NCBI GenBank assembly: GCA_041738235.1
Contig: JBGSQF010000004.1
Coordinates: 6,215 to 70,214, forward strand
Length of the DNA stretch: 64,000 nt
Origin: Minisyncoccia bacterium
GTDB lineage: Bacteria > Patescibacteriota > Minisyncoccia > Moranbacterales > GCA-2747515
Reading direction: 5' to 3'
The translations under genes and the position numbers were made by a program. The notes below the pieces were generated by a model. It worked only from the letters and a program-made list of their open reading frames with translations, did not search any database and had not been told where the DNA came from. Shown piece by piece: positions 44,978 through 54,932 of the stretch (the first letter of the stretch is position 1; each line of letters starts with the position of its first letter).

Positions 44978-46078
44978 ATGTACTTCATTTCGAACATCCG
45001 GACTTTCGGATCCGTTCGAGGCATTCACTCATTCCGGAAATATTCAGCACTCGCAGTCGTTCTTGCGAGCGCTCTTTTTGTTTCCATTCATAACATTGAA
45101 TTGCGCAATCCAGGCAAAAGCACTCTCCCTCTCAACAGCCAGGACGATCAAACGAAACCAAATGCCTTTAAATTCGCATCTGAGCGCTATACGGAAGTAG
45201 CCTCACTTCCTTATGTAAAATCAGCTAATTTGGAAAACGTGACCAAAGAAGAGGAACTGGCTGAGATCATGCCTATCCAAAGAGATAACCCAGGCACGCA
45301 TCTCCAAGTACAATCACTGATCGCTACTGCCAACGCAATGGAAAAAGACCCTGAAGATGGTGGTGTGAAGCTCTACACCGTAAAAGAAGGGGACACACTA
45401 AGCTCTATTGCCAAGCAAAACAATATAACCGTCAATACTATCCTCTGGGCAAATACCATTGATGATGAGGATTCAATTGCTCCCGGAGATGAAATATTCA
45501 TCTTGCCCGTTGCGGGACTCAAACACATTATAAAAAATGGTGAGACACTTGATGCTATCGCAAAAGACTACAAGGCCGACAAGGATCAGATCATCGCCTT
45601 CAATAATATGCCTGCCAACGGCTCTGTAGAAGTGGGAGCGGAGATCATCATCCCCGGAGGGGAAAAAGAGCTTCCCAAGAAAGAAACAACCACACCCCTC
45701 CTTGGAAAACGAACATATGTTGCAAGTGAACCGGGTGGAGGGACACAAACAGTTTCCAAGCGACATGATAAACCAAATACCTTTCCTTATGGGTACTGTA
45801 CTTGGTATGTGGCTCAGGTAAAATACATTCCTTGGCGGGGAAATGCTGGGGCATGGCTGTATAACGCAAAAGCAATGGGTTACAAGACGGGAAAGACCGC
45901 GCGAGTTGGAGCGATCATTGTAACGACAGACAACACCTACTATGGACACGTAGCTATTGTAGAAAAAGTTTCAGGCGACACCATCACCGTAAGTGAAATG
46001 AACTACAAAGCCTGGGGAAAGAGTAATACTCGTGTGATATCAATAAATGACAGAAAGATCCGCGGATACATCTATTAA
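44978..46078 (+). CDS. LysM(x2)-CHAP domain peptidoglycan hydrolase, membrane-anchored
   Basis: The start was trimmed from the track's TTG at 44852 to ATG 44978 (MYFISNIRTFGSVRGIHSFRKYSALAVVLASALFVS, a signal/anchor). LysM segments: YTVKEGDTLSSIAKQNNITVNTILWAN and HIIKNGETLDAIAKDYKADKDQIIAFNN. CHAP segments: YGYCTWYVAQ (catalytic Cys) ... GHVAIVE (His). Confidence 0.8.
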   Translation: MYFISNIRTFGSVRGIHSFRKYSALAVVLASALFVSIHNIELRNPGKSTLPLNSQDDQTKPNAFKFASERYTEVASLPYVKSANLENVTKEEELAEIMPIQRDNPGTHLQVQSLIATANAMEKDPEDGGVKLYTVKEGDTLSSIAKQNNITVNTILWANTIDDEDSIAPGDEIFILPVAGLKHIIKNGETLDAIAKDYKADKDQIIAFNNMPANGSVEVGAEIIIPGGEKELPKKETTTPLLGKRTYVASEPGGGTQTVSKRHDKPNTFPYGYCTWYVAQVKYIPWRGNAGAWLYNAKAMGYKTGKTARVGAIIVTTDNTYYGHVAIVEKVSGDTITVSEMNYKAWGKSNTRVISINDRKIRGYIY

Positions 46079-46252
46079 AGATCACAACCTACCTCTTTAA
46101 GAGAAAGCCTCTCCAACCACGAGAGGCTTTCTTGTACAAAGAACAAAAATTTTTCAGTAGTAAAGACTCCTCACACAGACAAAATATTATCCACAAACAT
46201 TCTTGGATAAAAGTAGCGTGTTTTACTTTTTTAGTGTATCCTATAAGAAGAT

Positions 46253-48592
46253 ATGTTTACACCTTTTATGTTTGCAAAAAAAAATAAAAAGATCGTTCTT
46301 TTGTTTTGCCTTTTTTCTGTTGCATTCTTTCTTCTCCCGATATCTTTTCCGGGAGATTTGTCTTTTTCTCATGGGGACGTTTTACTTACCGCATCCGCTG
46401 ATAACACCGGAAGCACGGGCACGAACGAGTACAAAGCGGAGTGGACTAGTCCAACGACCTGGATGATTAATTTCCTTTTGATGATCCAAGGATTCTTAGC
46501 CTACTTTCTCGATGGAGCCGTTTCACTCCTGACCAAATTCATAGACGCCACCCAAGTAAGATCATTTCTCAATAACTCCATACTCACCGATGTTTGGAAA
46601 GCTGTTCGTGATGTGTGCAACCTCGCGTTTATTCTCACGCTTCTTTTTTCCGCGTTCGCCACGATATTTCATGTAGAGAAATACCACATCAAGACCATTA
46701 TCGTGAAGTTGGTATTGATGGCCCTTCTTATTAACTTCAGCCTCCCCATCACGCGATTTATCACCGATACCGGGAATGTCCCCATGTACTATATGGCACA
46801 GGTCCTCTTTGGAAGCTCCTCCACCACTAATGTCGGGCAACAAATAGAACAACAATCCAACATTGTTTGTGCCATCGTGCCCTATTACGATGACTGCTAT
46901 CAAAGAACACAAATATCGGAGGCACAATATGGGACATCCCAACAAGATGACTCTTCCGTACTTTTCGCTTCGATCGCACTCTTATTCCTCTTCACTATCA
47001 CCATGTTCGTCCTGGCGATGCTTTTTTGCATACGAACAGTAGCGCTCGGAATTCTCATTATCTTTTCTCCACTAGGATTTATAGGAGTGGCTGTCCCGGC
47101 ACTCAATAAATATTCCAGTGAGTTCTGGGAGTCCCTTATCAAATATACGTTCTTCGGTCCAGTGATGCTCTTCGTACTGGCAGTGTCAGTAAAGCTCATG
47201 TCCGCTATGACCGCCCAAGCTCTGGATAACAAACTTTCTACCACCGGATTTACCGGTATCGTCAGCGCTATCGAAGCTGTCGCTACCCCGATCGTTATCC
47301 TCTGGATGGGTATGATGATAGCCCAAAAGGCCAATGTTGCCGGTGCCGGTGCCATCATCGGTATGGCCCAAAAAGTGGCGAAGATGCCGGTAAACTTTGC
47401 AGGGAAGATGGCAAAGGGCATTCCTATGAGCGTGGGGAGATTTGCAGACAGAAGACTTGCCAAAACGGGGCAACGCTGGTCTGAGAGTGGTAACAGACTC
47501 GTAAGAGGTCTAGGTATCGGTATGCGAACACTCAGCCCAACAGCGACCAAAAATGCCTTCAAGGCAATGGGGGAGAAAAGAGATAGAGAAGCCTTTGGTC
47601 GCGCATCCGCAGGAGCTGAAGATCTCTTTACTAGCATTCGAGATCATACCATAAGCGCTATTAATCCTTATGCTTACTGGAAAGGTGTCCAGGGCGCTAA
47701 AGGTGCTGGCGCAGGTGAAAAATGGAAAGGATTCAAAAAAGGTCTCTTCTACAATGTAGACAGAAATGATAGCCTCTACGAAGCAACGGAAAAAGAAGCG
47801 AGTGATGAATCAAAAAGCCTGCCTATGCAAAAATTTGATTATGTCTACAACGAATTTCAAAACGCGATGGATCGTGGGCAAGTACCGCGTGTTCACGGTA
47901 TGTTACGCGCAATGACAGAAAATAATGACCTGGTCAATGAATTTGTATTAAAACATGGAGCAGAGTTTGATGGTGGAAACAACGAAGTCAGCCCTGAAAA
48001 CGTCCGTCATGTACTTGACGAAGCGTATAAAAAAGCTGGTGTTCACGACGCCGAACAAAGAGCTAAATACATAATGACGCTAGGCGAGATCGGAACATCT
48101 AAAGGAAACTTTGCGCTCACCGGAATGACCGATGTAGACAAAGATGGCAAGTTCTTTACATACGGTCAAGATCAAAGAAGCAAGGAAAATCAGGCAAAAG
48201 CTGCAGCCGGAAAACTTATAAACATGGAGTCACAAGCACGAGCACGAACCATGCACCCCGATATTTTCTTCAATTATACCATGGTGCCAGACCCAAGTGA
48301 TCCAACAAAAGAAATGAAAAAATTCTCAGGAATATCTGAGGTCGGAAAAGAGATCTTAAAAAATCTCAAGGGAGATGACCTTCAGCAAATGGATAGAACC
48401 CGTGGAGACCTTAAAAAGATCATGGAGCAGTATGTGACACAAATATCTACATCTTCTAATCAAGCGGATAGGGACGATTTCAATGCCCTACCCAAGCTTC
48501 AGAGAGAGTACATCGTCGCAATGAGCCACATGTCACAAGGTAAACAAAAGGGTGACGCTATGACAGCTGCAACAAGCAGTTCTACCTTATAA
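46253..48592 (+). CDS. polytopic membrane protein with large C-terminal soluble domain; candidate VirB6/TrbL-like secretion-channel component
   Basis: 779 aa. It has 6-8 TM helices in the N-terminal 380 aa and a hydrophilic K/E-rich C-terminal half. The VirB6 assignment is from topology, size and context only. Confidence 0.45.
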   Translation: MFTPFMFAKKNKKIVLLFCLFSVAFFLLPISFPGDLSFSHGDVLLTASADNTGSTGTNEYKAEWTSPTTWMINFLLMIQGFLAYFLDGAVSLLTKFIDATQVRSFLNNSILTDVWKAVRDVCNLAFILTLLFSAFATIFHVEKYHIKTIIVKLVLMALLINFSLPITRFITDTGNVPMYYMAQVLFGSSSTTNVGQQIEQQSNIVCAIVPYYDDCYQRTQISEAQYGTSQQDDSSVLFASIALLFLFTITMFVLAMLFCIRTVALGILIIFSPLGFIGVAVPALNKYSSEFWESLIKYTFFGPVMLFVLAVSVKLMSAMTAQALDNKLSTTGFTGIVSAIEAVATPIVILWMGMMIAQKANVAGAGAIIGMAQKVAKMPVNFAGKMAKGIPMSVGRFADRRLAKTGQRWSESGNRLVRGLGIGMRTLSPTATKNAFKAMGEKRDREAFGRASAGAEDLFTSIRDHTISAINPYAYWKGVQGAKGAGAGEKWKGFKKGLFYNVDRNDSLYEATEKEASDESKSLPMQKFDYVYNEFQNAMDRGQVPRVHGMLRAMTENNDLVNEFVLKHGAEFDGGNNEVSPENVRHVLDEAYKKAGVHDAEQRAKYIMTLGEIGTSKGNFALTGMTDVDKDGKFFTYGQDQRSKENQAKAAAGKLINMESQARARTMHPDIFFNYTMVPDPSDPTKEMKKFSGISEVGKEILKNLKGDDLQQMDRTRGDLKKIMEQYVTQISTSSNQADRDDFNALPKLQREYIVAMSHMSQGKQKGDAMTAATSSSTL

Positions 48593-48615
48593 AAAACTAG
48601 AGACGTACAAATTCT

Positions 48616-50436
48616 ATGTTAGCCACTCCTCAAAATATTTCTTTTGCTTTGGAATTTGCTGATTCTGACTTGGCAATGAAAATCCTCAAAGAAACTCACT
48701 TTGGGGAATCTCTCCCAGTTGTTAACGGAATCGTAAATCACCGGTCTAAACTCCTTGCCACAGCATTTCCCGAACTGCCCGACAATCTCGCCACAGAAGT
48801 CATGCAAAGACACCTTCTTGAGTTCTATCGACTCGGAATATCCTTTCGCGATCACCTCACCAATCGATATCTTTTTCAAGGACGAGTAGTAAAGAATGAG
48901 CAACAGGCAATACTCCTCAAATCTATCCGACAAAATAGTGAGGTACTCGCAGGAAAAACGATAGGGGAGTGGGTTCACCTTTTTGATCAAATTTATCCCC
49001 CAGAAGAACGCACTCAGGAAGAGATCCTTCCATTTTGTACAAAGATACTCAAAGACTCGTCTCAGTCAGAGCAACAGATCGCTGTTCTCAAAGATATTTT
49101 GGGTGTTTATGAAACACTTTTAACCACTCAACTCATAGACATCATCGATACAACCCTTGCACTAAAAAACATACGAAGGGAAAAAGGTACCCCAGAACAA
49201 GATCTCCCCAACGTTCTTAGAAGGACCCCCTCAACACAAACTAAAAACTTAAATAACGATCTACCCCAATCTAGAGCGGAGACCCAGCAAAAAAATATGG
49301 TTCGACTCTCTCTCAAAAAAGCGGTTGAAAAGTATCCGAGGATCATGAACGAACGGGTTACGGATAGCGATATCGTTTTTCGAGGATCCGACGGACCCGT
49401 TATTCCGAGCGTAAAGAACTGGATCACGGCGTACCACCAAGAAATGGGGTCGGGGACACACGAACCCTATGAACGTAGTGAATTTTTGTTTCACAATAAA
49501 AGCGCAATGTCCCTTTCTCAGCGAGAACGCACTGTTTTGTCCGAAGTCCTTCGCTCCCTCGATGAAGAAAGCGAGCTTCCCATCAATCCAGAAACTCAGT
49601 CAATTGACCTTCTCCAACTAGAACAGCTTACTGTATCATCAACAAATACCTCCTCCCGACAGCTCTCAAAGCAAGAAGTTATTCTCCCTTCTGCTTCTAG
49701 CCAAAACATCCCAGCAGCGGAAAGATCGGCTGCTTCCCTCTATACGAGAGAGCCCATCGATGACCGAAAAGACGCCTGGCACACAGCTGACACACAAAAC
49801 GCAACACCTCGATCTTCGAAGTACCTACAAAACACCTCCTTTTCGCAAAACCTTACTGGTGGAATCGACCCACGGTCTCGCCAGAACCCAAGTCAGACAC
49901 TGCAACGACCATCTGCCGAAAATACCGCTCAAAATTGGCAGGATGCCAATGTAAAAAAACCTACAATAACCAACCCCAACCTGAAAAGCATTCAGATGGA
50001 AGAGAAACAGAAAGAGTGGGAAGCTCCCAGATCATTCCCCGCTCAGCCCCAAGTACCCCCCTTACAGGCAAGCCACCAACACGGACCGATCAACCCCACT
50101 GCCAGGATGCAGCAAACACCTCGCTCAGCCACACCCCTCCCTCAAACAGATCATTTGGACTACACCGACTATTATCCTATTCCCAAAGAACCGAAGCGCC
50201 CCACACAAAGCATCCCCTCAAATCTTTCCTTTTCGTCGCCACATACTTTCCCCGTAGAAAAAATAGAGAAACAGTCCCTTGCAGCAAGTGCGGTTTCTCG
50301 CGCAAGCCAACAGAACATCCCGAACAACCGTCCGCAACAACCCCAAAGACAGCCACTCTCCACAGCAAAAAATTCACAAAATCCCACACAAAACCTATCT
50401 CAGAAACAACAGCCGAAGCGAATGATCATTGGATAG
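48616..50436 (+). CDS. hypothetical protein with Q/P/S/T-rich low-complexity C-terminal half
   Basis: 606 aa. It has a structured N-terminal ~330 aa, then a disordered region rich in Q, P, S, T and N. Confidence 0.5.
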   Translation: MLATPQNISFALEFADSDLAMKILKETHFGESLPVVNGIVNHRSKLLATAFPELPDNLATEVMQRHLLEFYRLGISFRDHLTNRYLFQGRVVKNEQQAILLKSIRQNSEVLAGKTIGEWVHLFDQIYPPEERTQEEILPFCTKILKDSSQSEQQIAVLKDILGVYETLLTTQLIDIIDTTLALKNIRREKGTPEQDLPNVLRRTPSTQTKNLNNDLPQSRAETQQKNMVRLSLKKAVEKYPRIMNERVTDSDIVFRGSDGPVIPSVKNWITAYHQEMGSGTHEPYERSEFLFHNKSAMSLSQRERTVLSEVLRSLDEESELPINPETQSIDLLQLEQLTVSSTNTSSRQLSKQEVILPSASSQNIPAAERSAASLYTREPIDDRKDAWHTADTQNATPRSSKYLQNTSFSQNLTGGIDPRSRQNPSQTLQRPSAENTAQNWQDANVKKPTITNPNLKSIQMEEKQKEWEAPRSFPAQPQVPPLQASHQHGPINPTARMQQTPRSATPLPQTDHLDYTDYYPIPKEPKRPTQSIPSNLSFSSPHTFPVEKIEKQSLAASAVSRASQQNIPNNRPQQPQRQPLSTAKNSQNPTQNLSQKQQPKRMIIG

Positions 50437-50528
50437 CGATGCGAAACTTCTGTTTTGAACGTGAAACAAAATAATACGCAACTTTTTATGTTTTCGTTCG
50501 AGTTTCTTCTGCTATAAATCGTAATTCT

Positions 50529-50930
50529 TTGCGTATGCACGCTGATGTCCCACAATTTATCGATGTAGAAGATAAGATCGCCGGCCCACTTACCTGGAAA
50601 CAACTCCTCTGGATGATCGGACTACTCGTTCTTCTTATCATTCTCTACAACATCTTTACAGCTGGAGCCTTTATCATGATCGCTATCCCCGTATCTCTTA
50701 TTTTTGTGGCCTTTGCATTCATTAAGCCTTATGGACAACCCATGACAACATTTGTCTATTACGGGGTTATGCATCTCTTCGGACCAAAAATATATGTCTG
50801 GAAAAGAGAAGTTCGAACGATCGCAAAACCGGTACAAAAGCCCACCAACACAACAAAAAAAGGAAATGCAGTTTCAGCTCTCACCCTCGAAGACATAGAA
50901 TCCCTCGCACAAAGACTTGATAGAAAATAA
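50529..50930 (+). CDS. small two-TM membrane protein, PrgI/VirB3-like
   Basis: 133 aa. It has two adjacent TM helices (LLWMIGLLVLLIILYNIF / AFIMIAIPVSLIFVAFAFI) and lies immediately upstream of the VirB4 ORFs, as PrgI/VirB3 does. Confidence 0.45.
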   Translation: MRMHADVPQFIDVEDKIAGPLTWKQLLWMIGLLVLLIILYNIFTAGAFIMIAIPVSLIFVAFAFIKPYGQPMTTFVYYGVMHLFGPKIYVWKREVRTIAKPVQKPTNTTKKGNAVSALTLEDIESLAQRLDRK

Positions 50931-50964
50931 CAACCCTGACAAAATATTTTAGAAATGCTATACT
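50926..50964 (+). promoter_or_regulatory. promoter-like element (CTGACA-17-TGcTATACT extended -10)
   Basis: The -35-like hexamer is at 50926..50931 and the extended -10 TGCTATACT at 50956..50964, about 95 nt upstream of the VirB4 N-terminal ORF. Confidence 0.4.
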
Positions 50965-51061
50965 GTGTGCACATTCGGTAAGCCTATGTGAATTTGTTTT
51001 GTTACGTGATATACAAATATATTTTACGCCATCTCCACACAATAATTAAGTTTCTTATTCC

Positions 51062-51754
51062 ATGGAATCACTTCATTCATCAAAACTCGTAGAGGGAGGT
51101 AGTAAGCAACCAAGCACACTGCGATTCGTTGACGTCTCTGAGATCAGAGATGGTGTTGTTATGCTTCGCAATGGCTCTCTTCGAGCCATTCTGGGAGTTT
51201 CCTCTATTAACTTCGACCTCAAATCGACCGACGAACAGGAAGGTATTATCCTTCAATTCCAGGGATTTCTTAACTCTCTCGATTTCCCAGCACAATTTCT
51301 CATCACATCAAGACGTCTCAATATACAGCCATACCTAGAAACGCTCACCAAGCACGAATCAGGACAAACGAACGAACTTCTACGCATCCAGATCGCTGAA
51401 TATAAAGATTTTATAGAGAACCTCACGAAAGTCAGTAACATCATGTCCAAACGATTTTACGTTGTTGTTCCCTTTTTCCCCATTGAAGCCAGTAAGAAAA
51501 GCTTTTTTGACACTTTGTCCGCCGTTGTCAACCCGCAAAAGACGATCATCTATAAACAGGAGCTCTTCGAAACATATAAAAATCAGCTCTTCCAACGAGT
51601 GGAGCATATCTCTTCAGGACTTTCAGGAACCGGGCTCCGAATGATACTCCTAAAAACAGAAGAGGTTATCGAACTCCTTCACAACTCCTACAACCCAAAC
51701 CTTTTTGCCACCGATATATTAAAAGGTCTCGAAAATGTAGATGTAAAGATGTAA
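51062..51754 (+). CDS. VirB4/TrbE-family N-terminal domain as a separate ORF
   Basis: 230 aa. VirB4 N-domain-like: RFVDVSEIRDGVVMLRNGSLRAILGVSSINFDLKSTDEQEGIILQFQGFLNSLDFPAQFLITSRRLNI. It ends 64 bp before, and in a different frame from, the ATPase ORF. Confidence 0.7.
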   Translation: MESLHSSKLVEGGSKQPSTLRFVDVSEIRDGVVMLRNGSLRAILGVSSINFDLKSTDEQEGIILQFQGFLNSLDFPAQFLITSRRLNIQPYLETLTKHESGQTNELLRIQIAEYKDFIENLTKVSNIMSKRFYVVVPFFPIEASKKSFFDTLSAVVNPQKTIIYKQELFETYKNQLFQRVEHISSGLSGTGLRMILLKTEEVIELLHNSYNPNLFATDILKGLENVDVKM

Positions 51755-51818
51755 AAAACAAAAGATCCTCGAGTGAGGAAGTCCTAAAAGATACTTTTTC
51801 ATTGTCAAAAACAATCCT

Positions 51819-53630
51819 ATGTTTTTTAAGAAAAAAACCAACGATCAAAAAATACCCAAAGATCCTATTATGGCGAGCCACGCAGACTATGAAGCCGGTA
51901 TGGAAACGGTACGAAGCTTCATTGCCCCCTCAGCTATAGAATTTTCTCCAAACTACGTGCAAATAGGGGAGGTGTTTTCCAGAACACTCTTTGTGACCGC
52001 TTATCCAAAATACCTCAGCACAGGCTGGTTCTCTCCGATCATCAATATCGACTTTTCTATGGACATTGCGATGTTCGCAAGTCCTATGGAAACGACCGAG
52101 GTTCTCAAAAAACTTCGAGACTCAGCGGCACAGCTTAACTCACAGATACGAATCGAGCAAGAATCGGGACAAGTACGAGACCCCGTCAAAGAGTCAGCCC
52201 TCGAAAACGTTGAGCGTCTCCGCGATGGACTTCAGGAAGGAACAGAGCGCTTCTTTCGTTTTGGTCTCTATATCACTCTCTATGGAAAGACCAAAGAAGA
52301 ACTTGATGAGATCACAAGGAAACTTGACGCCATATTGGAAGCCCAGATGGTCTACGTAAAACCGACCGTCCTTCGCATGAACCAGGGATTTTCGTCAACG
52401 CTGCCTCTCGGAAACGATGAACTCAACCTCTGCAATAACCTTAATACCACACCGCTTTCCACCACATTTCCCTTTATTTCCTCAGAACTTTCTTCCAATG
52501 AAGGAATTTTGTACGGCATAAACCGACACAATAATAGTTTGGTCCTTTTTGACCGTTTCAACCTGGAAAATGCGAATATGACCATATTCGCCAAATCTGG
52601 AGCGGGAAAAAGCTATGCCGTCAAACTAGAACTTCTCCGATCTATGATGCTCGGCACGAATATCTGCATCATCGACCCGGAAAACGAATATAAACACCTT
52701 TGCGAGGCCGTAGGAGGAAGTTTTATCTCCATCTCCCTTAACTCCAGAAGTCATATCAATCCATTCGATCTCCCTAAAATAAGCGACGAGACCGACCCTG
52801 CCGACATGTTTCGAAGCCATATCGCTACACTCATTGGCCTCCTTCACCTTATGTTAGGCCGTGTGACGCCTGAGGAAGATTCGATCCTTGACCGAGCTAT
52901 ACGTGAAACATACGCCATACGAGACATAACCCCAGAATCCAACCTCAAAGCCATTGGTACCGAACAAGTCCCAACCATAACCGACCTATACAATGTTTTA
53001 CAAAACATCGAAGGAGCAGAGTCCCTCTCAGCAAGACTTGAGAAGTTTACCGAAGGGGTTTTTTCTGGGTTTCTCAATCACCCCACAAACGTAAGTTTTG
53101 AAAATCAAATGATCGTTTTTAATATCCGCGACCTTGAAGAGGAGTTAAGACCGATCGCTATGTATGCCGTTTTGCAGATCATCTGGAATGCGATGCGATC
53201 AGAGCTCAAAAAACGCCTTTTGGTCGTAGACGAAGCATGGGTCATGATGCAAAATGAGGACGCTGCCTCATTTCTCTATGGGATAGCCAAACGCTGTCGA
53301 AAATATTACACAGGCCTCACCACTATCACCCAGGATATTTCCGACTTTATGAACTCTCGCTATGGAAAGCCGATCGTCAACAACTCTTCCCTCCAGATAC
53401 TTCTCAAACAATCCCCCTCATCGGTAAATGTCATTGCGGATACCTTTTATCTCACAGATCAAGAAAAATTTTTGCTCTTGGAGTGCAATGTGGGAGAGGG
53501 AATATTCTTTGCTGGAGCCAAACATGTGGCCATAAAAGTCATTGCTTCTTATTCCGAAGATCAGATCATCACCTCAGATCCAAGACAGCTTCTCGAGATC
53601 GAAGAGGCCAAAAAAGAGCTTGAGGGATAG
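51819..53630 (+). CDS. VirB4/TrbE/CagE-family secretion ATPase (C-terminal ATPase part)
   Basis: 603 aa. It has Walker A IFAKSGAGKSYAVK and Walker B LLVVDEAWVMM. The total with the preceding ORF (833 aa) matches the length of full-length VirB4. Confidence 0.85.
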   Translation: MFFKKKTNDQKIPKDPIMASHADYEAGMETVRSFIAPSAIEFSPNYVQIGEVFSRTLFVTAYPKYLSTGWFSPIINIDFSMDIAMFASPMETTEVLKKLRDSAAQLNSQIRIEQESGQVRDPVKESALENVERLRDGLQEGTERFFRFGLYITLYGKTKEELDEITRKLDAILEAQMVYVKPTVLRMNQGFSSTLPLGNDELNLCNNLNTTPLSTTFPFISSELSSNEGILYGINRHNNSLVLFDRFNLENANMTIFAKSGAGKSYAVKLELLRSMMLGTNICIIDPENEYKHLCEAVGGSFISISLNSRSHINPFDLPKISDETDPADMFRSHIATLIGLLHLMLGRVTPEEDSILDRAIRETYAIRDITPESNLKAIGTEQVPTITDLYNVLQNIEGAESLSARLEKFTEGVFSGFLNHPTNVSFENQMIVFNIRDLEEELRPIAMYAVLQIIWNAMRSELKKRLLVVDEAWVMMQNEDAASFLYGIAKRCRKYYTGLTTITQDISDFMNSRYGKPIVNNSSLQILLKQSPSSVNVIADTFYLTDQEKFLLLECNVGEGIFFAGAKHVAIKVIASYSEDQIITSDPRQLLEIEEAKKELEG

Positions 53631-53677
53631 ATGATCCATCTTCATGCTGAACAAGATTTTCACCAAAATGTGTTTTT

Positions 53678-54202
53678 ATGCGCGATGCCGCTCAACAAAT
53701 GGTCGCGAGTCGGCTCCAGCAGGCAAGATCCGACTCGCTTAATGCCTCACAAGAAAGCGCCTCCCAAACAGGGGCGGTTCAAGCCGCCGAAGAAACTGCC
53801 ACAGAAGTAGTAAAAGCAGGTAGAAAAGGTCCTATCGCGATAGCAAAAGCTGCCGCCACACTTGCTTTTCGGCATAGAAAAAAAATTCGAGATGGTGAGC
53901 TTGGGGTGTTTATCGTACCTCTTACTTTTGCGATCTCAAAAGATGGCGTTCTCGATCTTATTCCCATCTTTGGAAAAGTGTTCGGGCTTTTTATAACATT
54001 TTACCTTTTCGTTTTTCTCTGGGGACGCGGAACATGGAAATGGAAGGTGCTTCGCACAATACTTCTTCTCTTCGATGCCTTTGTCCCCTTTTTGAGCATT
54101 CTTCCCTTCACAACTTTCTGCGTCGCCATAACCTACGGACACGCGAAAGCAGATGCAGAAAAAGCAAAAAATGAGCTCAAACGCCTTGGAGTGACCACTT
54201 AA
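53678..54202 (+). CDS. small membrane protein, unknown function
   Basis: 174 aa. It has an A/Q-rich N-terminus and 3 TM in the C-terminal half. Confidence 0.45.
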   Translation: MRDAAQQMVASRLQQARSDSLNASQESASQTGAVQAAEETATEVVKAGRKGPIAIAKAAATLAFRHRKKIRDGELGVFIVPLTFAISKDGVLDLIPIFGKVFGLFITFYLFVFLWGRGTWKWKVLRTILLLFDAFVPFLSILPFTTFCVAITYGHAKADAEKAKNELKRLGVTT

Positions 54203-54285
54203 AACACTCGATGAGAAGGAATCCTTTCTGCACACGCTTCTTTTGTTTTTCCTCTTCTCGAATACACAAAAATGCTCTATACTAG

Positions 54286-54927
54286 ATGTATATGTTACAA
54301 CAAAAAACAAAAAACATTTTTCTTGGGTCGATAGCGCTTATAAGTATTGCCGGGGCATTCCTTTTTCCTGCACACGATCTCTTTCAAACATTCCTTGCGG
54401 GAATTGCTTTCCTGATCATCTTCCCTTATTTAACAATAAAGTTCGTTCTCAAAGAATCTGTTAAGCAATACGGCCTCACATTTCCCCAATTTAACAAAAA
54501 ACTCTTTCTCCAATTTGGTTCACTCTTTCTCATATCTCTGGGTCTTTTCTTTATACTCTTCTCTTATACACCACTTGGAAAGCACTATTTTCCACCAACG
54601 TTCCTCACACAAAGATTTTTTTTCTTCTTTCTGTACAGCATTCTCGTTGGGGGAACCTTTTCTCTTATTTTTAGCGCTTTTTTTCAGGGATTTCTTCTCT
54701 TTTACTTTGAACGACTATGCAAAGAATGGGCCATCCTTCTTCAATGGTTTTGCTTTATGCTCTTTCTTTTTATAGCAGGTGATTGGGGATGGAACATGAC
54801 CCTCTACATATACATCTCCTTATTTTCTGGAGCGCTGGCCTACATCTCACGATCATTTCTCACGAGTTTTATCTTTACCTGGATCTTTGTTATACTAGCA
54901 GATATGTTTCTTTTAAAATTCTTCTAA
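54286..54927 (+). CDS. polytopic membrane protein, unknown function
   Basis: 213 aa with 6 predicted TM. There is no conserved CAAX-protease motif. TATACTAG sits immediately upstream at 54277. Confidence 0.5.
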   Translation: MYMLQQKTKNIFLGSIALISIAGAFLFPAHDLFQTFLAGIAFLIIFPYLTIKFVLKESVKQYGLTFPQFNKKLFLQFGSLFLISLGLFFILFSYTPLGKHYFPPTFLTQRFFFFFLYSILVGGTFSLIFSAFFQGFLLFYFERLCKEWAILLQWFCFMLFLFIAGDWGWNMTLYIYISLFSGALAYISRSFLTSFIFTWIFVILADMFLLKFF

Positions 54928-54932
54928 CCTCT

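Noticed and set aside
44800-45093. ORF 44800..45093, and the TTG start at 44852 of the LysM-CHAP ORF.
   Set aside because: The first begins inside the -35 hexamer of a consensus promoter. The TTG start would sit less than 25 nt from the -10. ATG 44978 followed by a signal or anchor sequence is preferred.
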